Assembly (NCBI GenBank): GCA_019310975.1
Contig: JAFDDH010000010.1
Coordinates: 1,375-65,374 of the forward strand
Direction of reading: 5' to 3'
Length of the DNA stretch: 64,000 bases
Origin: Deltaproteobacteria bacterium
GTDB lineage: Bacteria; Myxococcota_A; UBA9160; UBA4427
A program made the position numbers and the translations under genes. Below, one piece after another: positions 25,650-34,645 of this stretch. The notes below the pieces were generated by a model. It was not told where the DNA came from, made no database searches, and saw nothing but the letters and a program-made list of their open reading frames with translations. Numbering within the stretch: position 1 is the first letter of the stretch; each line of letters opens with the position of its first letter.

Positions 25650-26909
25650 ATGATGGCAAGCCCCGACCGGATCCCGGCGCCCTTGCGCCGTCTCGGCGGC
25701 CTCGAGAGATTCACGTACATGCTCGTCCTGGCGGCTGCCCTCGCGGTGCTCCCGCTGGTGGCGAGCGCAGGCTCGCAGGAGCGCGCCAAGCGCATCCACG
25801 ATCGCCTCGTGGGCATCCCGCCGGATGCCCCCACGCTCGCGACCATGGTGTCGATCCTCGACACCCAGACCCCCGAAGAGGGGCCCAAGGCCGCGGCCCT
25901 CTTCGCCCTCGAGCATCCCGTCTTCTACACGTCGACGCTGAAGAACTTCGCGGCGCCGTGGACGAATGTCGATCAGACGGTCTTCGTGCCGCTGAACGAC
26001 TACTCGGCCACCGTGATCGGGATGATTCGCGACGAGGTGCCCTTCAATACGGTGCTCAGCGCGGATCTCGTCTATCACGGTGCCAACGGAGTCGTGGCGA
26101 ATCGCTACTCGCATGACAACAACCACCACTACGAGCAGCTCGAGGCCGACCATATCGACCTCAGCGATACCAGCGACTTCATCGGGCGGCCCCAATCGAC
26201 GCTGCCCGGTAGCCAGCTCTCCGGCGGCAACACCGCCGGCGTGATCACCACGCGTGCGGCGGGCGAGGCGTACTTCAGTGCCGGCACCAATCGCCGCATG
26301 TGGCGTTTTACCGCAATGAACTTTCTGTGCCGAGATATGGAGGACCTGCTCGACACGAGCTTGACCTCGGATTGGATCCGGCAGGACGTGACGAGGAGCC
26401 CGGGTGGGGATAGCTCGATCTTCCTGAACTCCTGCATCGGTTGCCACAACGGAATGGATCCGATGGCGGGCGCGTACGCGTACTTCGAGTGGGTGCCCGG
26501 GGACGACGCCGACGCCGACGACAACGGCCGTGTGATCCACACCCTGGGCCAGGTCCAGCCCAAGTACCTCATCAACGGCAACATCTTTCCCTTCGGCTAC
26601 GTGACGACCAGCAATCGTTGGGAGAATCGCTGGCTCGAAGGCAAGAACTCGGTGATGGGCTGGCCGGCCGCACCGAAGGAGGGCTTCGGCGCGAAGGGGC
26701 TCGGCGTGGCGGTGGGCAATAGCGATGCGTTCGCGACCTGCCAGGTCGAGAAGGTCTTCAAGCAGATCTGCTTTCGCGAGGACTCCAGCGACCCGGACCG
26801 CACCCTGATCAGCACAGTTACCGAGAATTTCAAGGCCAACGACTACAACCTGAAGCACGTCTTTGCCGAGGTCGCCGCCTATTGCACGCAGGCCGACGCC
26901 ACCAATTGA
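25650..26909 (+). CDS. exported protein of unknown function with single CxxCH motif (DUF1588/PSCyt-like signature)
   Basis: Hydrophobic leader MLVLAAALAVLPLVASA. CIGCH at 26433-26447 followed by GMDPMAG. Protein-like composition, in contrast to antisense ORF 25254..27020. Confidence 0.75.
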   Translation: MMASPDRIPAPLRRLGGLERFTYMLVLAAALAVLPLVASAGSQERAKRIHDRLVGIPPDAPTLATMVSILDTQTPEEGPKAAALFALEHPVFYTSTLKNFAAPWTNVDQTVFVPLNDYSATVIGMIRDEVPFNTVLSADLVYHGANGVVANRYSHDNNHHYEQLEADHIDLSDTSDFIGRPQSTLPGSQLSGGNTAGVITTRAAGEAYFSAGTNRRMWRFTAMNFLCRDMEDLLDTSLTSDWIRQDVTRSPGGDSSIFLNSCIGCHNGMDPMAGAYAYFEWVPGDDADADDNGRVIHTLGQVQPKYLINGNIFPFGYVTTSNRWENRWLEGKNSVMGWPAAPKEGFGAKGLGVAVGNSDAFATCQVEKVFKQICFREDSSDPDRTLISTVTENFKANDYNLKHVFAEVAAYCTQADATN

Positions 26910-27018
26910 TGATCGTCGAGCGACGGCGATGCAGCCGTGCGGGGATCGACTACCGCGGAGGGGTATTCGCGGGGATCGCGGAATGATGGAACCAACCGAA
27001 CCAAAGGGACACTCCAGC

Positions 27019-29178
27019 ATGAAGATCCGAAAGGCCAGTGGACTCGTACTGCTGCTGCTCTCGGTGGGCTTGCTGGCCGCCTGCGGTGATTACTCGGGCG
27101 GCGACAGGCCTCCGGCGGATCCCTTCGCGACGACCGGCGTCCTGCCGACCGGCATCACCGAGGCGGAGAATATTCAATTCTTCAGCGAGACCGTCTGGCC
27201 GATCGTGAATAGCGAGACCTGCGGCGACTGCCACACCCAGTCGGGCGGGAAGCCCTTCCCCTTCGCAGACCCGAATCTCACCTTCGCGTACCGGACCATC
27301 GTCGACAACGGCAAGGTGAACTTCGGTACGCCCTCCGATTCACGCATCGTCGTGAAAGTCGTCGGTGGACACCACTGCTGGAGCGGTGATTGCTCGTCGG
27401 ACGCGATTGATCTCTTGTTGGCCATGGAAGATTGGATCGCCCGCATCGAGGCAGCGGGCGGCAGCTCTTCGGGCGGTACCGAGGTGGGTGCCGGGACCCT
27501 GGTCAGTCAAACGGTCGACCCAAGGCCTGCTCCGCTTGGCGACGGCGTCGAGGACGAGGGGGGCGCGCGCGTCCTGAACAACCTCATCGCCTTCTACCGA
27601 TTCGACGAGTACGACCCGGACACAATCATCACGACCGCCCAGGATACCAGCGGCGTCCCGCCCGCCATGGACATCGAGTTGGAGGCGGGCGTCGCCCTGA
27701 TGGAGTCCTACGGGGTCGACTTCTCGGCCGGACGTGCGCGGGCTGAGACCAATGGAAGCCGGAAGCTCTACGACCACATCGGCCATCCGGACCTGGGCAC
27801 GGGTCAGTTCAGTATCGAGATGTGGATGGCCCCTGCGAATACGAACCAGGAAGCGCGAATGTTTGCCTTCTCGGACAACTTCCAGCTGATTCAGCAAGAG
27901 TATCAATATCAGTTTCGTGTGCGCAGTCTCGCGCCGAACATCCCGGGCAACGGCTCGGTCGGCACGCTGACGACATACGACCAGGACCGCGATCTGCAAG
28001 CCGGTCTGCAGCACACCGTTGTCACCTACGACCGATTCAACGGCATGCGGGTCTTCGTGAACGGCGAGTACACCGACGATGTGGATGCAAATGGGGGCGG
28101 TCTGCTCTGGAACTGGCGCGAGGATAGGCGGTTGGAGCTCGGCTCCACGGGTGCCGACGGCTGGTATGGCAAGATCAAGATGCTGGCCATCTACAAGCAG
28201 GTGCTCAGCCTCGAGCAGATTCGCCAGAACTGGCAGGCAGGTGTCGGTCTTCGGCTGACTCTCCGATTCGACATCAGTCAATTTGGTGGACCGGGCAGCG
28301 CGATCGAGATCTCGCTCTCGCAGATCGACGATCAGAGCTATCTGCTCTGCCAGCCGACGGTGATCACCGACAATCTCGGCATGAAGATCAGGGGTCTTCG
28401 GATCAAGGCGAACGGCACGGAGACGGGTGTGGGCCAGGCATTCTCACGCCTGAACACGATCGTCACGAGCAACCGCCAGCAGATCTCACCGCATTGCACG
28501 ATGTTGGCGAACGACTCGGGACCGGAGAACTTCCAGCTTGCCTTCGAGGGGCTCTCGGGCTGGATCGATCCGATTCCCGACGTGGATTGGGGCGAGATCC
28601 AGTACGACTACACGGGCGTCGAGATGCCGCCGACCAACGGCATGCGCGACTTCGCGCGGGTCAACGAGACGATGGCGCTGCTCACGAATGTGCCCACCGC
28701 CGATTCCGTCATCGAGGCGACCTATTTGACGCTGGTCCAGCAGCTTCCGGGCAGCGCAGATCTCAGATCCTTCGTGAGCTCCAACCAGGTCGGCATCTCG
28801 AAGTTGGGCTTCTCGTACTGCAACGAGTTGGTAGAAGATCCGGCTGGGCGGGATGTCTTCTTTGATCAGGGCCCGGCGCCGATCGAGTGGAGCCAGCTGC
28901 CCGCGGACGCCTTCCTGAACGACGTCAGCGAGGACAGGCGATTGCGTGTCACGGGTCCGCTGGTGGACAAGATGGTGGGCGATCTCAGCGTACAACCGGC
29001 CCCGGGTGACGTGGAGAATAGGCTCCTCACACTGATGGACGATCTGATGGTCGCCAAGGCGGCGGATTGCACGGACTGCGGTGGAGGCTGCAACGCGTGC
29101 ACCGACCAGGCGACCAAGGACATCGTGAAGGGTGTCTGCACCGCGGTTCTGGCCAGCGGCGCAGCCCAGATGCATTAG
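27019..29178 (+). CDS. lipoprotein with PSCyt-like CxxCH N-domain, LamG (concanavalin-like) domain and Cys-rich C-terminus
   Basis: ATG 27019 (MKIRKASGLVLLLLSVGLLAAC is a lipobox leader). CGDCH at 27220-27234. LamG-like FSIEMWMAP...GMRVFVNGEY. CTDCGGGCNAC near the end. Confidence 0.8.
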   Translation: MKIRKASGLVLLLLSVGLLAACGDYSGGDRPPADPFATTGVLPTGITEAENIQFFSETVWPIVNSETCGDCHTQSGGKPFPFADPNLTFAYRTIVDNGKVNFGTPSDSRIVVKVVGGHHCWSGDCSSDAIDLLLAMEDWIARIEAAGGSSSGGTEVGAGTLVSQTVDPRPAPLGDGVEDEGGARVLNNLIAFYRFDEYDPDTIITTAQDTSGVPPAMDIELEAGVALMESYGVDFSAGRARAETNGSRKLYDHIGHPDLGTGQFSIEMWMAPANTNQEARMFAFSDNFQLIQQEYQYQFRVRSLAPNIPGNGSVGTLTTYDQDRDLQAGLQHTVVTYDRFNGMRVFVNGEYTDDVDANGGGLLWNWREDRRLELGSTGADGWYGKIKMLAIYKQVLSLEQIRQNWQAGVGLRLTLRFDISQFGGPGSAIEISLSQIDDQSYLLCQPTVITDNLGMKIRGLRIKANGTETGVGQAFSRLNTIVTSNRQQISPHCTMLANDSGPENFQLAFEGLSGWIDPIPDVDWGEIQYDYTGVEMPPTNGMRDFARVNETMALLTNVPTADSVIEATYLTLVQQLPGSADLRSFVSSNQVGISKLGFSYCNELVEDPAGRDVFFDQGPAPIEWSQLPADAFLNDVSEDRRLRVTGPLVDKMVGDLSVQPAPGDVENRLLTLMDDLMVAKAADCTDCGGGCNACTDQATKDIVKGVCTAVLASGAAQMH

Positions 29179-29199
29179 GCAGGGACGGAGGCCTACGAG

Positions 29200-30744
29200 A
29201 TGACGCGACGAAAGAGCGACCCGACTGTGCTTGCGCCCCTCCGCCACAACAGCCATCGGCGACCGGTGACGCGGCGCGAGTTCCTCGCCCAGGGATTCCT
29301 GACGGGGTCCGCGTATGTGGCCATGCCGGCCGTCCTCTCGCTGCTCACACAGCCGAGGTCGGCGCTGGCGGCGATGGATTGTGCGCTCGGCGGCGGAACA
29401 GGGAATATCCCCTTCCTCTGCTTTGATCTGGCGGGCGGTGCGAACATTGCCGGCTCGAACGCAATGGTGGGGACCACCGCACAGATGGCACCGCTCTCGC
29501 TGAGCGGTTACCGGATGCTCGGTCTGCCGGAGGAGCTGACCCCCGGCCGCATTGTCGGCCCCGCCATCAACGATGAATTCGGTCTCAAATTCCATCCCGA
29601 TAGTGCGATGCTACGCGGGATGCTGGCCCGGACTTCGGCCACTACGCGCGCGAATGTCAACGGTGTCGTGATCGCGGCACGCTCCGCGAACGACACGGGA
29701 AACAATCCCCACAACCCGGTCTACGGCATCAACAAGGCCGGTGCGAGCGGCGGCCTGCTCGAGCTCGTGGGTACGGAGGCCTCCGATTCGGGTGGCAATT
29801 CGTTGGCGCCGATGGACATGATCGACCCCTCCAAGCGGCCGACGAAGATCGATCGTCCCTCGGATGCGCGCGGTCTCGTCGATACCGGCGAAATGGTCAA
29901 TATGCTCGGCACCACGGGTGCGGGCGACGTCATGCAGGCGATCGAGGACATCAGCAAGGACAAGATCGCGCTGATGGCCGAGGAGGAGGCCGTATCCGAC
30001 GTCGTGACCTGTGCGTACGAGCAGAGCCGGCAGCTGATCGTGGACTTCGGCGATCCCGACGCCCTCGACCCTCTGCTCGATAAGGACATTGCGGCAGGCG
30101 ATCCGCTGGACCCGAGCCTGATCCCGATCTTCGCCGATGCGAACGAAGTGAACGGCACCAGCCACTACCGCAAGACCGCCTCGGTGATGAAGCTCGTCGT
30201 CGAGGGCAAGGCGGGTGCCGGCACGATCGAGTTCGGCGGCTATGACTATCACAACAGCACCCGCACCACCGGCGAGCAGCGCGATGAGCTGGCCGGCGAA
30301 TCCATCGGGGCCGCCTTGGAGTTCGCGGCGCGGCGGAACCAGGATCTGATGATCTATGTCTTCAGCGACGGCTCCGTATTCTCGAACGGGCAGGTGGATA
30401 ATAATGTTGGCAAGGGCGTCTGGACGGGCGACAACTCGAGCACGGCGGCGTCCCTGATCCTCGTCTACGGCAAGGATGGGCGACCGCCCCTGCGCAACGC
30501 CGACAATCAGATCGGCATCTACCGAGACAGCGGCTCAGTCGAGACCTCGCATTCTCTTCCCTCGGTGCAGATCTCGAACTCGCCCGAGCTGCTCGCCGAG
30601 GCGATCGTGCTCAACTACCTCGCTCTCCACGGTCGCGAGGGTGATTATGCGAGTGTGATGAACAACGCACCCAAGCTGGCCGGCAGCGCTGCAGAGCTCG
30701 ATCAGCTGATCGGCTTCACGAATATTCGCGCGCCGGGCGTATAG
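29200..30744 (+). CDS. Tat-exported DUF1501-like (sulfatase/alkaline-phosphatase-fold-like) protein
   Basis: GGAGG RBS. Twin-arginine leader TRREFLAQGFLTGSAYVAMPA. FGGYDYHN resembles the GGWDTH motif of DUF1501. Confidence 0.8.
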   Translation: MTRRKSDPTVLAPLRHNSHRRPVTRREFLAQGFLTGSAYVAMPAVLSLLTQPRSALAAMDCALGGGTGNIPFLCFDLAGGANIAGSNAMVGTTAQMAPLSLSGYRMLGLPEELTPGRIVGPAINDEFGLKFHPDSAMLRGMLARTSATTRANVNGVVIAARSANDTGNNPHNPVYGINKAGASGGLLELVGTEASDSGGNSLAPMDMIDPSKRPTKIDRPSDARGLVDTGEMVNMLGTTGAGDVMQAIEDISKDKIALMAEEEAVSDVVTCAYEQSRQLIVDFGDPDALDPLLDKDIAAGDPLDPSLIPIFADANEVNGTSHYRKTASVMKLVVEGKAGAGTIEFGGYDYHNSTRTTGEQRDELAGESIGAALEFAARRNQDLMIYVFSDGSVFSNGQVDNNVGKGVWTGDNSSTAASLILVYGKDGRPPLRNADNQIGIYRDSGSVETSHSLPSVQISNSPELLAEAIVLNYLALHGREGDYASVMNNAPKLAGSAAELDQLIGFTNIRAPGV

Positions 30745-30870
30745 CCCGGGTGCGGACACAGCGTCGACGACCGGGGGGATGTCGGTGGCACGGAGCGTGA
30801 TCAAGACCAGTCCTCCCCGATCCGATGAGGGTCATGCCAGAGCATGGCGGCCAGGGAAGTGGGAGCGAAA

Positions 30871-31335
30871 ATGAACGACAAGAGTCCCGGCGCACCCTCC
30901 TGGCTCTTCTCATTCGTGGACCTCGCGTTCCTGATGCTGATCGCGATGACCCAGCTCGCCCCCGACCCGAGCCGGCAGGCCCCGGATCTCGGCGAGATGG
31001 TCGTGCCGCGCATCTCCGAGAAGTCGTCGGGCGAGATGCCGGGCGACGCGGCTCGCGCCTGGCAGCTGCGCATCCACCCGCCCTCCGAGCCGGCCGCCGA
31101 GCGCTTCGAGCTCGTCCTCATCGACCCGACGGCTGCGCGGAGCTCCGAGTTCTACACCGAGGTGGGTGGCCTGCGTGAGCGGCTCGCCGAGCTGGACCGT
31201 GCATCGGGTCCGCGACCGCTGCTCGCTCCGCACGAGGATGCGCGCAGCCAGGACCTGCTGGACGCTGCGGCGCTGCTCGAAGAGTACTGGCCGGGAAGGC
31301 GGCGCGTGACGATCGCCCGCGTCTTCGACAGCTGA
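30871..31335 (+). CDS. divergent ExbD/TolR-family protein
   Basis: ATG 30871 with a GGGAG RBS. Single TM segment SWLFSFVDLAFLMLIAMT carrying the conserved Asp (30919-30921). Short periplasmic domain. Confidence 0.7.
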   Translation: MNDKSPGAPSWLFSFVDLAFLMLIAMTQLAPDPSRQAPDLGEMVVPRISEKSSGEMPGDAARAWQLRIHPPSEPAAERFELVLIDPTAARSSEFYTEVGGLRERLAELDRASGPRPLLAPHEDARSQDLLDAAALLEEYWPGRRRVTIARVFDS

Positions 31336-31336
31336 G

Positions 31337-32671
31337 ATGGGTGCCTGGCGGGTCGATCAGCACTACGGGGTGGGTGTGGCCAACGTGCGCCTCCACGCCG
31401 AGCCCTATCTACATCCAGAACGCCGCTGGACGTTGCGCGAGGGCCTCGACGCCCTGCGCGAGGATCTCCACGATCGGGACCGCAGTCTGCGTCGCGCCGT
31501 CGGCGTGCTGCCCGGAATCCTGCTCGGCACGGTCGTGCTGCTGAGCTTCGTCCTCACCGTCGTGCGCGACCGCAGCGACGACACCGGAGTCGAGCTGGTG
31601 CTGTGGACGAGTGCACCGCCGCAGCCCGAGGCGATACCCGAGCAGGCGCCGCCACCGATCCCGATCCCGAAGCCGGTTGAGCGAGCCGAGCCCGTAGAGC
31701 CCCCGCCCCTCAAGCCGGTCGCCAAGCCGATCGCCAAACCGCCGCCGCGCCCCGAGCCGATTCGCATCGCCGAGGCGCCGCCGAGGCCCGCCCCGCCGCC
31801 GCGCGCGGAGCGCCTGCGCAGGCCGCCGCCAAGGCCCGCACAGCAGCCCAGCGTGCGGATCGATTCCCTGGCGCGTGCGCCGGTGTCGCCGGCGCCGTCA
31901 CGCCCGACGCGCGGCCAGGCGCCGAAGCCACCCGCCGAGCGGTCGCAGATGGAGGTGCTCCCGATCGCGAATCGCACCCCACCGCGCGTCGAGGCGTCCT
32001 CACCGGAGCCGCGGCGCTTCGCGGCGGTGCGTCCACCGCCCTCCCGAAAAAACTCGGCGCCTGCCGTGGCGCCGGCGATCGCCGCCCTGCCGCGCTCTCC
32101 GCAGCCTGCGAACCGGGCGCCCTCGGAACGTGGGAAGAAACCAGCAGCCGTGTCTCGCACTTCGAGAGGTGCGCCTCCCAGGCCCGAGCTTGCGGCCCCA
32201 GCCAGTATCGCGACGGATCGAGCGTCCCCCGATCGACCCACGCGGAGTGCCCGAAATGCCCCTACCAAGGTGGCCCGCGGCAGTGGCCCACGGCCCGACG
32301 TGCGCATGGCCGGCGTCTCGCACACGACGCAGTCGCCGGCGTCGCCCTCGATCGCCCCGATGCGCTCCGGCGTCGCCCCGCTTCGCCCCAGCGCCTCGAG
32401 GCCTGTCCGCGAGCAGCCCGGCCTGGCGGGTGTACCCCTGGGATCGCTCGCCAGCTGTCTGTCGGATCGGCAGGAGGATGCCCTCAAGCAGCGCGTCGTG
32501 GCTGCCGTTAGGACGCAGGAGCAGTGTGTAAGCCGCGCCGGAAGCTACCGATTCATCGAGACAAAGAACCTGAATTCATTCCTCATGTGGGTCGATCGGG
32601 CGCCGACGCGCACGCATGGGGACCGCTGCGACGAGCTCAGGCTCGCACTCGAGTGCCTCGCGTCGCAGTGA
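31337..32671 (+). CDS. TonB/TolA-like anchor: one N-terminal TM, long Pro-rich spacer, novel 4-Cys C-terminal domain
   Basis: ATG lies 1 nt after the exbD-like stop. TM segment VLPGILLGTVVLLSFVLTVV. (P-x)n tract PPPIPIPKPVERAEPVEPPPLKPVAKPIAKPPPRPEP. Caveat: Pro-rich frames arise easily in GC-rich DNA. Confidence 0.6.
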   Translation: MGAWRVDQHYGVGVANVRLHAEPYLHPERRWTLREGLDALREDLHDRDRSLRRAVGVLPGILLGTVVLLSFVLTVVRDRSDDTGVELVLWTSAPPQPEAIPEQAPPPIPIPKPVERAEPVEPPPLKPVAKPIAKPPPRPEPIRIAEAPPRPAPPPRAERLRRPPPRPAQQPSVRIDSLARAPVSPAPSRPTRGQAPKPPAERSQMEVLPIANRTPPRVEASSPEPRRFAAVRPPPSRKNSAPAVAPAIAALPRSPQPANRAPSERGKKPAAVSRTSRGAPPRPELAAPASIATDRASPDRPTRSARNAPTKVARGSGPRPDVRMAGVSHTTQSPASPSIAPMRSGVAPLRPSASRPVREQPGLAGVPLGSLASCLSDRQEDALKQRVVAAVRTQEQCVSRAGSYRFIETKNLNSFLMWVDRAPTRTHGDRCDELRLALECLASQ

Positions 32672-32691
32672 ATCAAGGAGTCGCACGCCGG

Positions 32692-34389
32692 ATGGAGAAT
32701 CAGCCTCGACACGAGAGCGTCGCGTGCAAGCTCACGACGATCGGCGCGTTCATCGCGACCACACTCGTCGCTGGAATCGCGAGCGCACAGATCGCCGCCA
32801 TCGATACCGCCCGCTGGGATGGCTACCTCGACTACGCGTACGTCTACGCCTCAGCCAACGCGGACGCATTGCGGACGCGAATCGACGATTACGGCCGCGA
32901 GGCCGGCATGACGCTCGACGAGTACGTGACGGTGGTATCCACGGACGTGCGCGCCAAGCCCGAGGCGGTCGACGACGCCCTTCGCCGCCGCCTGGCCATC
33001 GCCAACCTCTTGCAATACCTGGCGACGCGCGAGCCGCAGGCGCTGGACCGCAGCGTCGAGCTCATCAACGAGTTCGAGGAGCAGCAGGGCCGGCACCAGA
33101 ATCTCTATTGGTACCACTACATCCACTCGAATCGCGCGCTCGAGAAGGGCAGCGGCAGCGAGTTCACACGGCACACCCTCCAGCTCTGGTTGCAGGTCGT
33201 GGTGCCGCTCGAGAGCCCGTACGAGACCCTGCAGGCGCTCTCACTCAGTCAGTCGGCCAATTCCGGCTTCGTCTCGGCCCTGCCCTACGTGTACGAGAAC
33301 GTGGCGCGCATCGTGTTGATCCGCAGCCAGGAGATGGGCATCCGCCGCGATCTCGATCCCCTCTCCGCCATCGTACGAATGTTGGCCCAGGGACGTGTCG
33401 GCGCACACCCGGATGTGATCCCCTACGAGGCCTCATCGAAGCAGTATCTGGATCGCATCATCGCGCGCCTGGATGGGCCCGAGTCCGACGCCGGCAGCCT
33501 GACCTTCACCCTCGTACTTTTCGAGGCCGGCAAGTACCACGACCATGCGCGCTCCCTGCTCGCCAGCGAGGGACTCTCGAAGGCGACCATCGAGGCCATC
33601 GGCGTATCGAGCGGCGCCTACCAGACGGCGCTGAATCTCGCGCATACGCTGCAGGGCCAGAGCGCCGTCTACGCCAGGGTGCTGCGTCAGCTCGGTGAGG
33701 TATGGGCCGCCAAGCAGCGTCTCGGTGTCGACCCTTACGTGGAGGCGCCCTTCACCATCGATGGGGCGATGAGGGTGTGGCGCGAGCTCTACAGCGTGCA
33801 CGCCGAGGGCGAATGGAAGCAGGTCGGCTTCCGCAACACCGGTTACGAGTCCTATGTATTGTCGATGCAGACGCTCTGGCAGGAGATCCAGGAGTCGAGC
33901 CTCAACGCCGCCGACTACTACCTGACGCGCAGCATCACCGATCCAGCTCGCAGCGACGAGCACATCCGCTCCGCGGCGCGGACTTATCTGCGCTATCTGG
34001 CATTTTTCGACCAGCATTCGACCGAGCAGGCCGCCGAATTCGTGCCCGACGCCGCCTACTTCGCCGCCTACGAGGCCGCCAAGGGCTACGGTGACGCGTT
34101 CCTCGCCTACGCGGGCGGGCAGACCACGGCCACCGAGGTGGATACCGCGGTGGAGCGCTACCTGATGGCACTCGGCATCTTCCCCTTTGATCGCCATCTC
34201 TGGCCCGGCTATGCGTCGGCACTCGAGCGCCAGGGCCGAGCAAACCAATACCTCGCCAAGGTGCGACCGATTGCCGAGTCGGTGGCGCGCTCGCGCCACG
34301 TCGACGCGTGGATTCAGGCCGGCGAGCCCGGCGGCCCGTGCGGAGATCGAACGTCGGATCCTGCAGCTTTCGGGCAAGCTTCCCGCTGA
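32692..34389 (+). CDS. large exported helical-repeat protein of unknown function (apparently frameshifted near 34330)
   Basis: ATG 32692 with an AAGGAG RBS. Signal-like TTIGAFIATTLVAGIASAQ. Helix-rich composition. The last ~20 codons (GPCGDRTSDPAAFGQASR) look non-native. Confidence 0.7.
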   Translation: MENQPRHESVACKLTTIGAFIATTLVAGIASAQIAAIDTARWDGYLDYAYVYASANADALRTRIDDYGREAGMTLDEYVTVVSTDVRAKPEAVDDALRRRLAIANLLQYLATREPQALDRSVELINEFEEQQGRHQNLYWYHYIHSNRALEKGSGSEFTRHTLQLWLQVVVPLESPYETLQALSLSQSANSGFVSALPYVYENVARIVLIRSQEMGIRRDLDPLSAIVRMLAQGRVGAHPDVIPYEASSKQYLDRIIARLDGPESDAGSLTFTLVLFEAGKYHDHARSLLASEGLSKATIEAIGVSSGAYQTALNLAHTLQGQSAVYARVLRQLGEVWAAKQRLGVDPYVEAPFTIDGAMRVWRELYSVHAEGEWKQVGFRNTGYESYVLSMQTLWQEIQESSLNAADYYLTRSITDPARSDEHIRSAARTYLRYLAFFDQHSTEQAAEFVPDAAYFAAYEAAKGYGDAFLAYAGGQTTATEVDTAVERYLMALGIFPFDRHLWPGYASALERQGRANQYLAKVRPIAESVARSRHVDAWIQAGEPGGPCGDRTSDPAAFGQASR

Positions 34390-34438
34390 CGACCCGGCGC
34401 CGGCGTCGATCGCGGATGACGCCGGAGAACGCGAGAGC

Positions 34439-34645
34439 GTGGTCGAGCGGGCGGAGCGGCATCGGAAGATCGAAGAGGCCAAGCTGCTGCTCGACAAGCT
34501 CGACAAGCAGCTCGAGGCCCGCAAGCGGGCATTGCCCCTCTATCAGGAGACCCTCCAGACCGATGGCCTGATCGACGAGCTGCGCGCCCAGCGCGATCAC
34601 CCGGCCCACACGCTGCTGCGCCGCTTCTATTACGAGAAGCGCTAA
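34439..34645 (+). CDS. coiled-coil segment, either the frameshifted 3' end of 32692-34389 or a 68-aa stand-alone ORF
   Basis: The +1 frame shows good coding character from about 34331 (ARAEIERRILQLSGKLPADD...KIEEAKLLLDKLDKQLEARKRALPLYQE...RRFYYEKR). The first usable start in that frame is GTG 34439. Confidence 0.4.
   Translation: MVERAERHRKIEEAKLLLDKLDKQLEARKRALPLYQETLQTDGLIDELRAQRDHPAHTLLRRFYYEKR

Noticed and set aside
25254-27020. 588-aa minus-strand ORF.
   Set aside because: It is antisense to the CxxCH protein gene (25650-26909). It has no membrane or signal features and no motifs, whereas the plus frame has a leader, CxxCH and balanced composition.
31405-32487. 360-aa minus-strand ORF opposite the TonB-like gene.
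   Set aside because: Gly/Arg/Ala-rich with no TM segment or motifs. The plus frame has a TM anchor, 1-nt coupling to the exbD-like gene, and a structured C-terminal domain. Some uncertainty remains.
34187-34330. ATG-initiated N-terminal part of ORF 34187..34645 (MIAISGPAMRRHSSARAEQTNTSPRCDRL...).
   Set aside because: Arg/Ser-rich, and it fully overlaps the well-behaved frame of the large helical protein. Only the part after about 34331 looks coding (see the frameshift finding).
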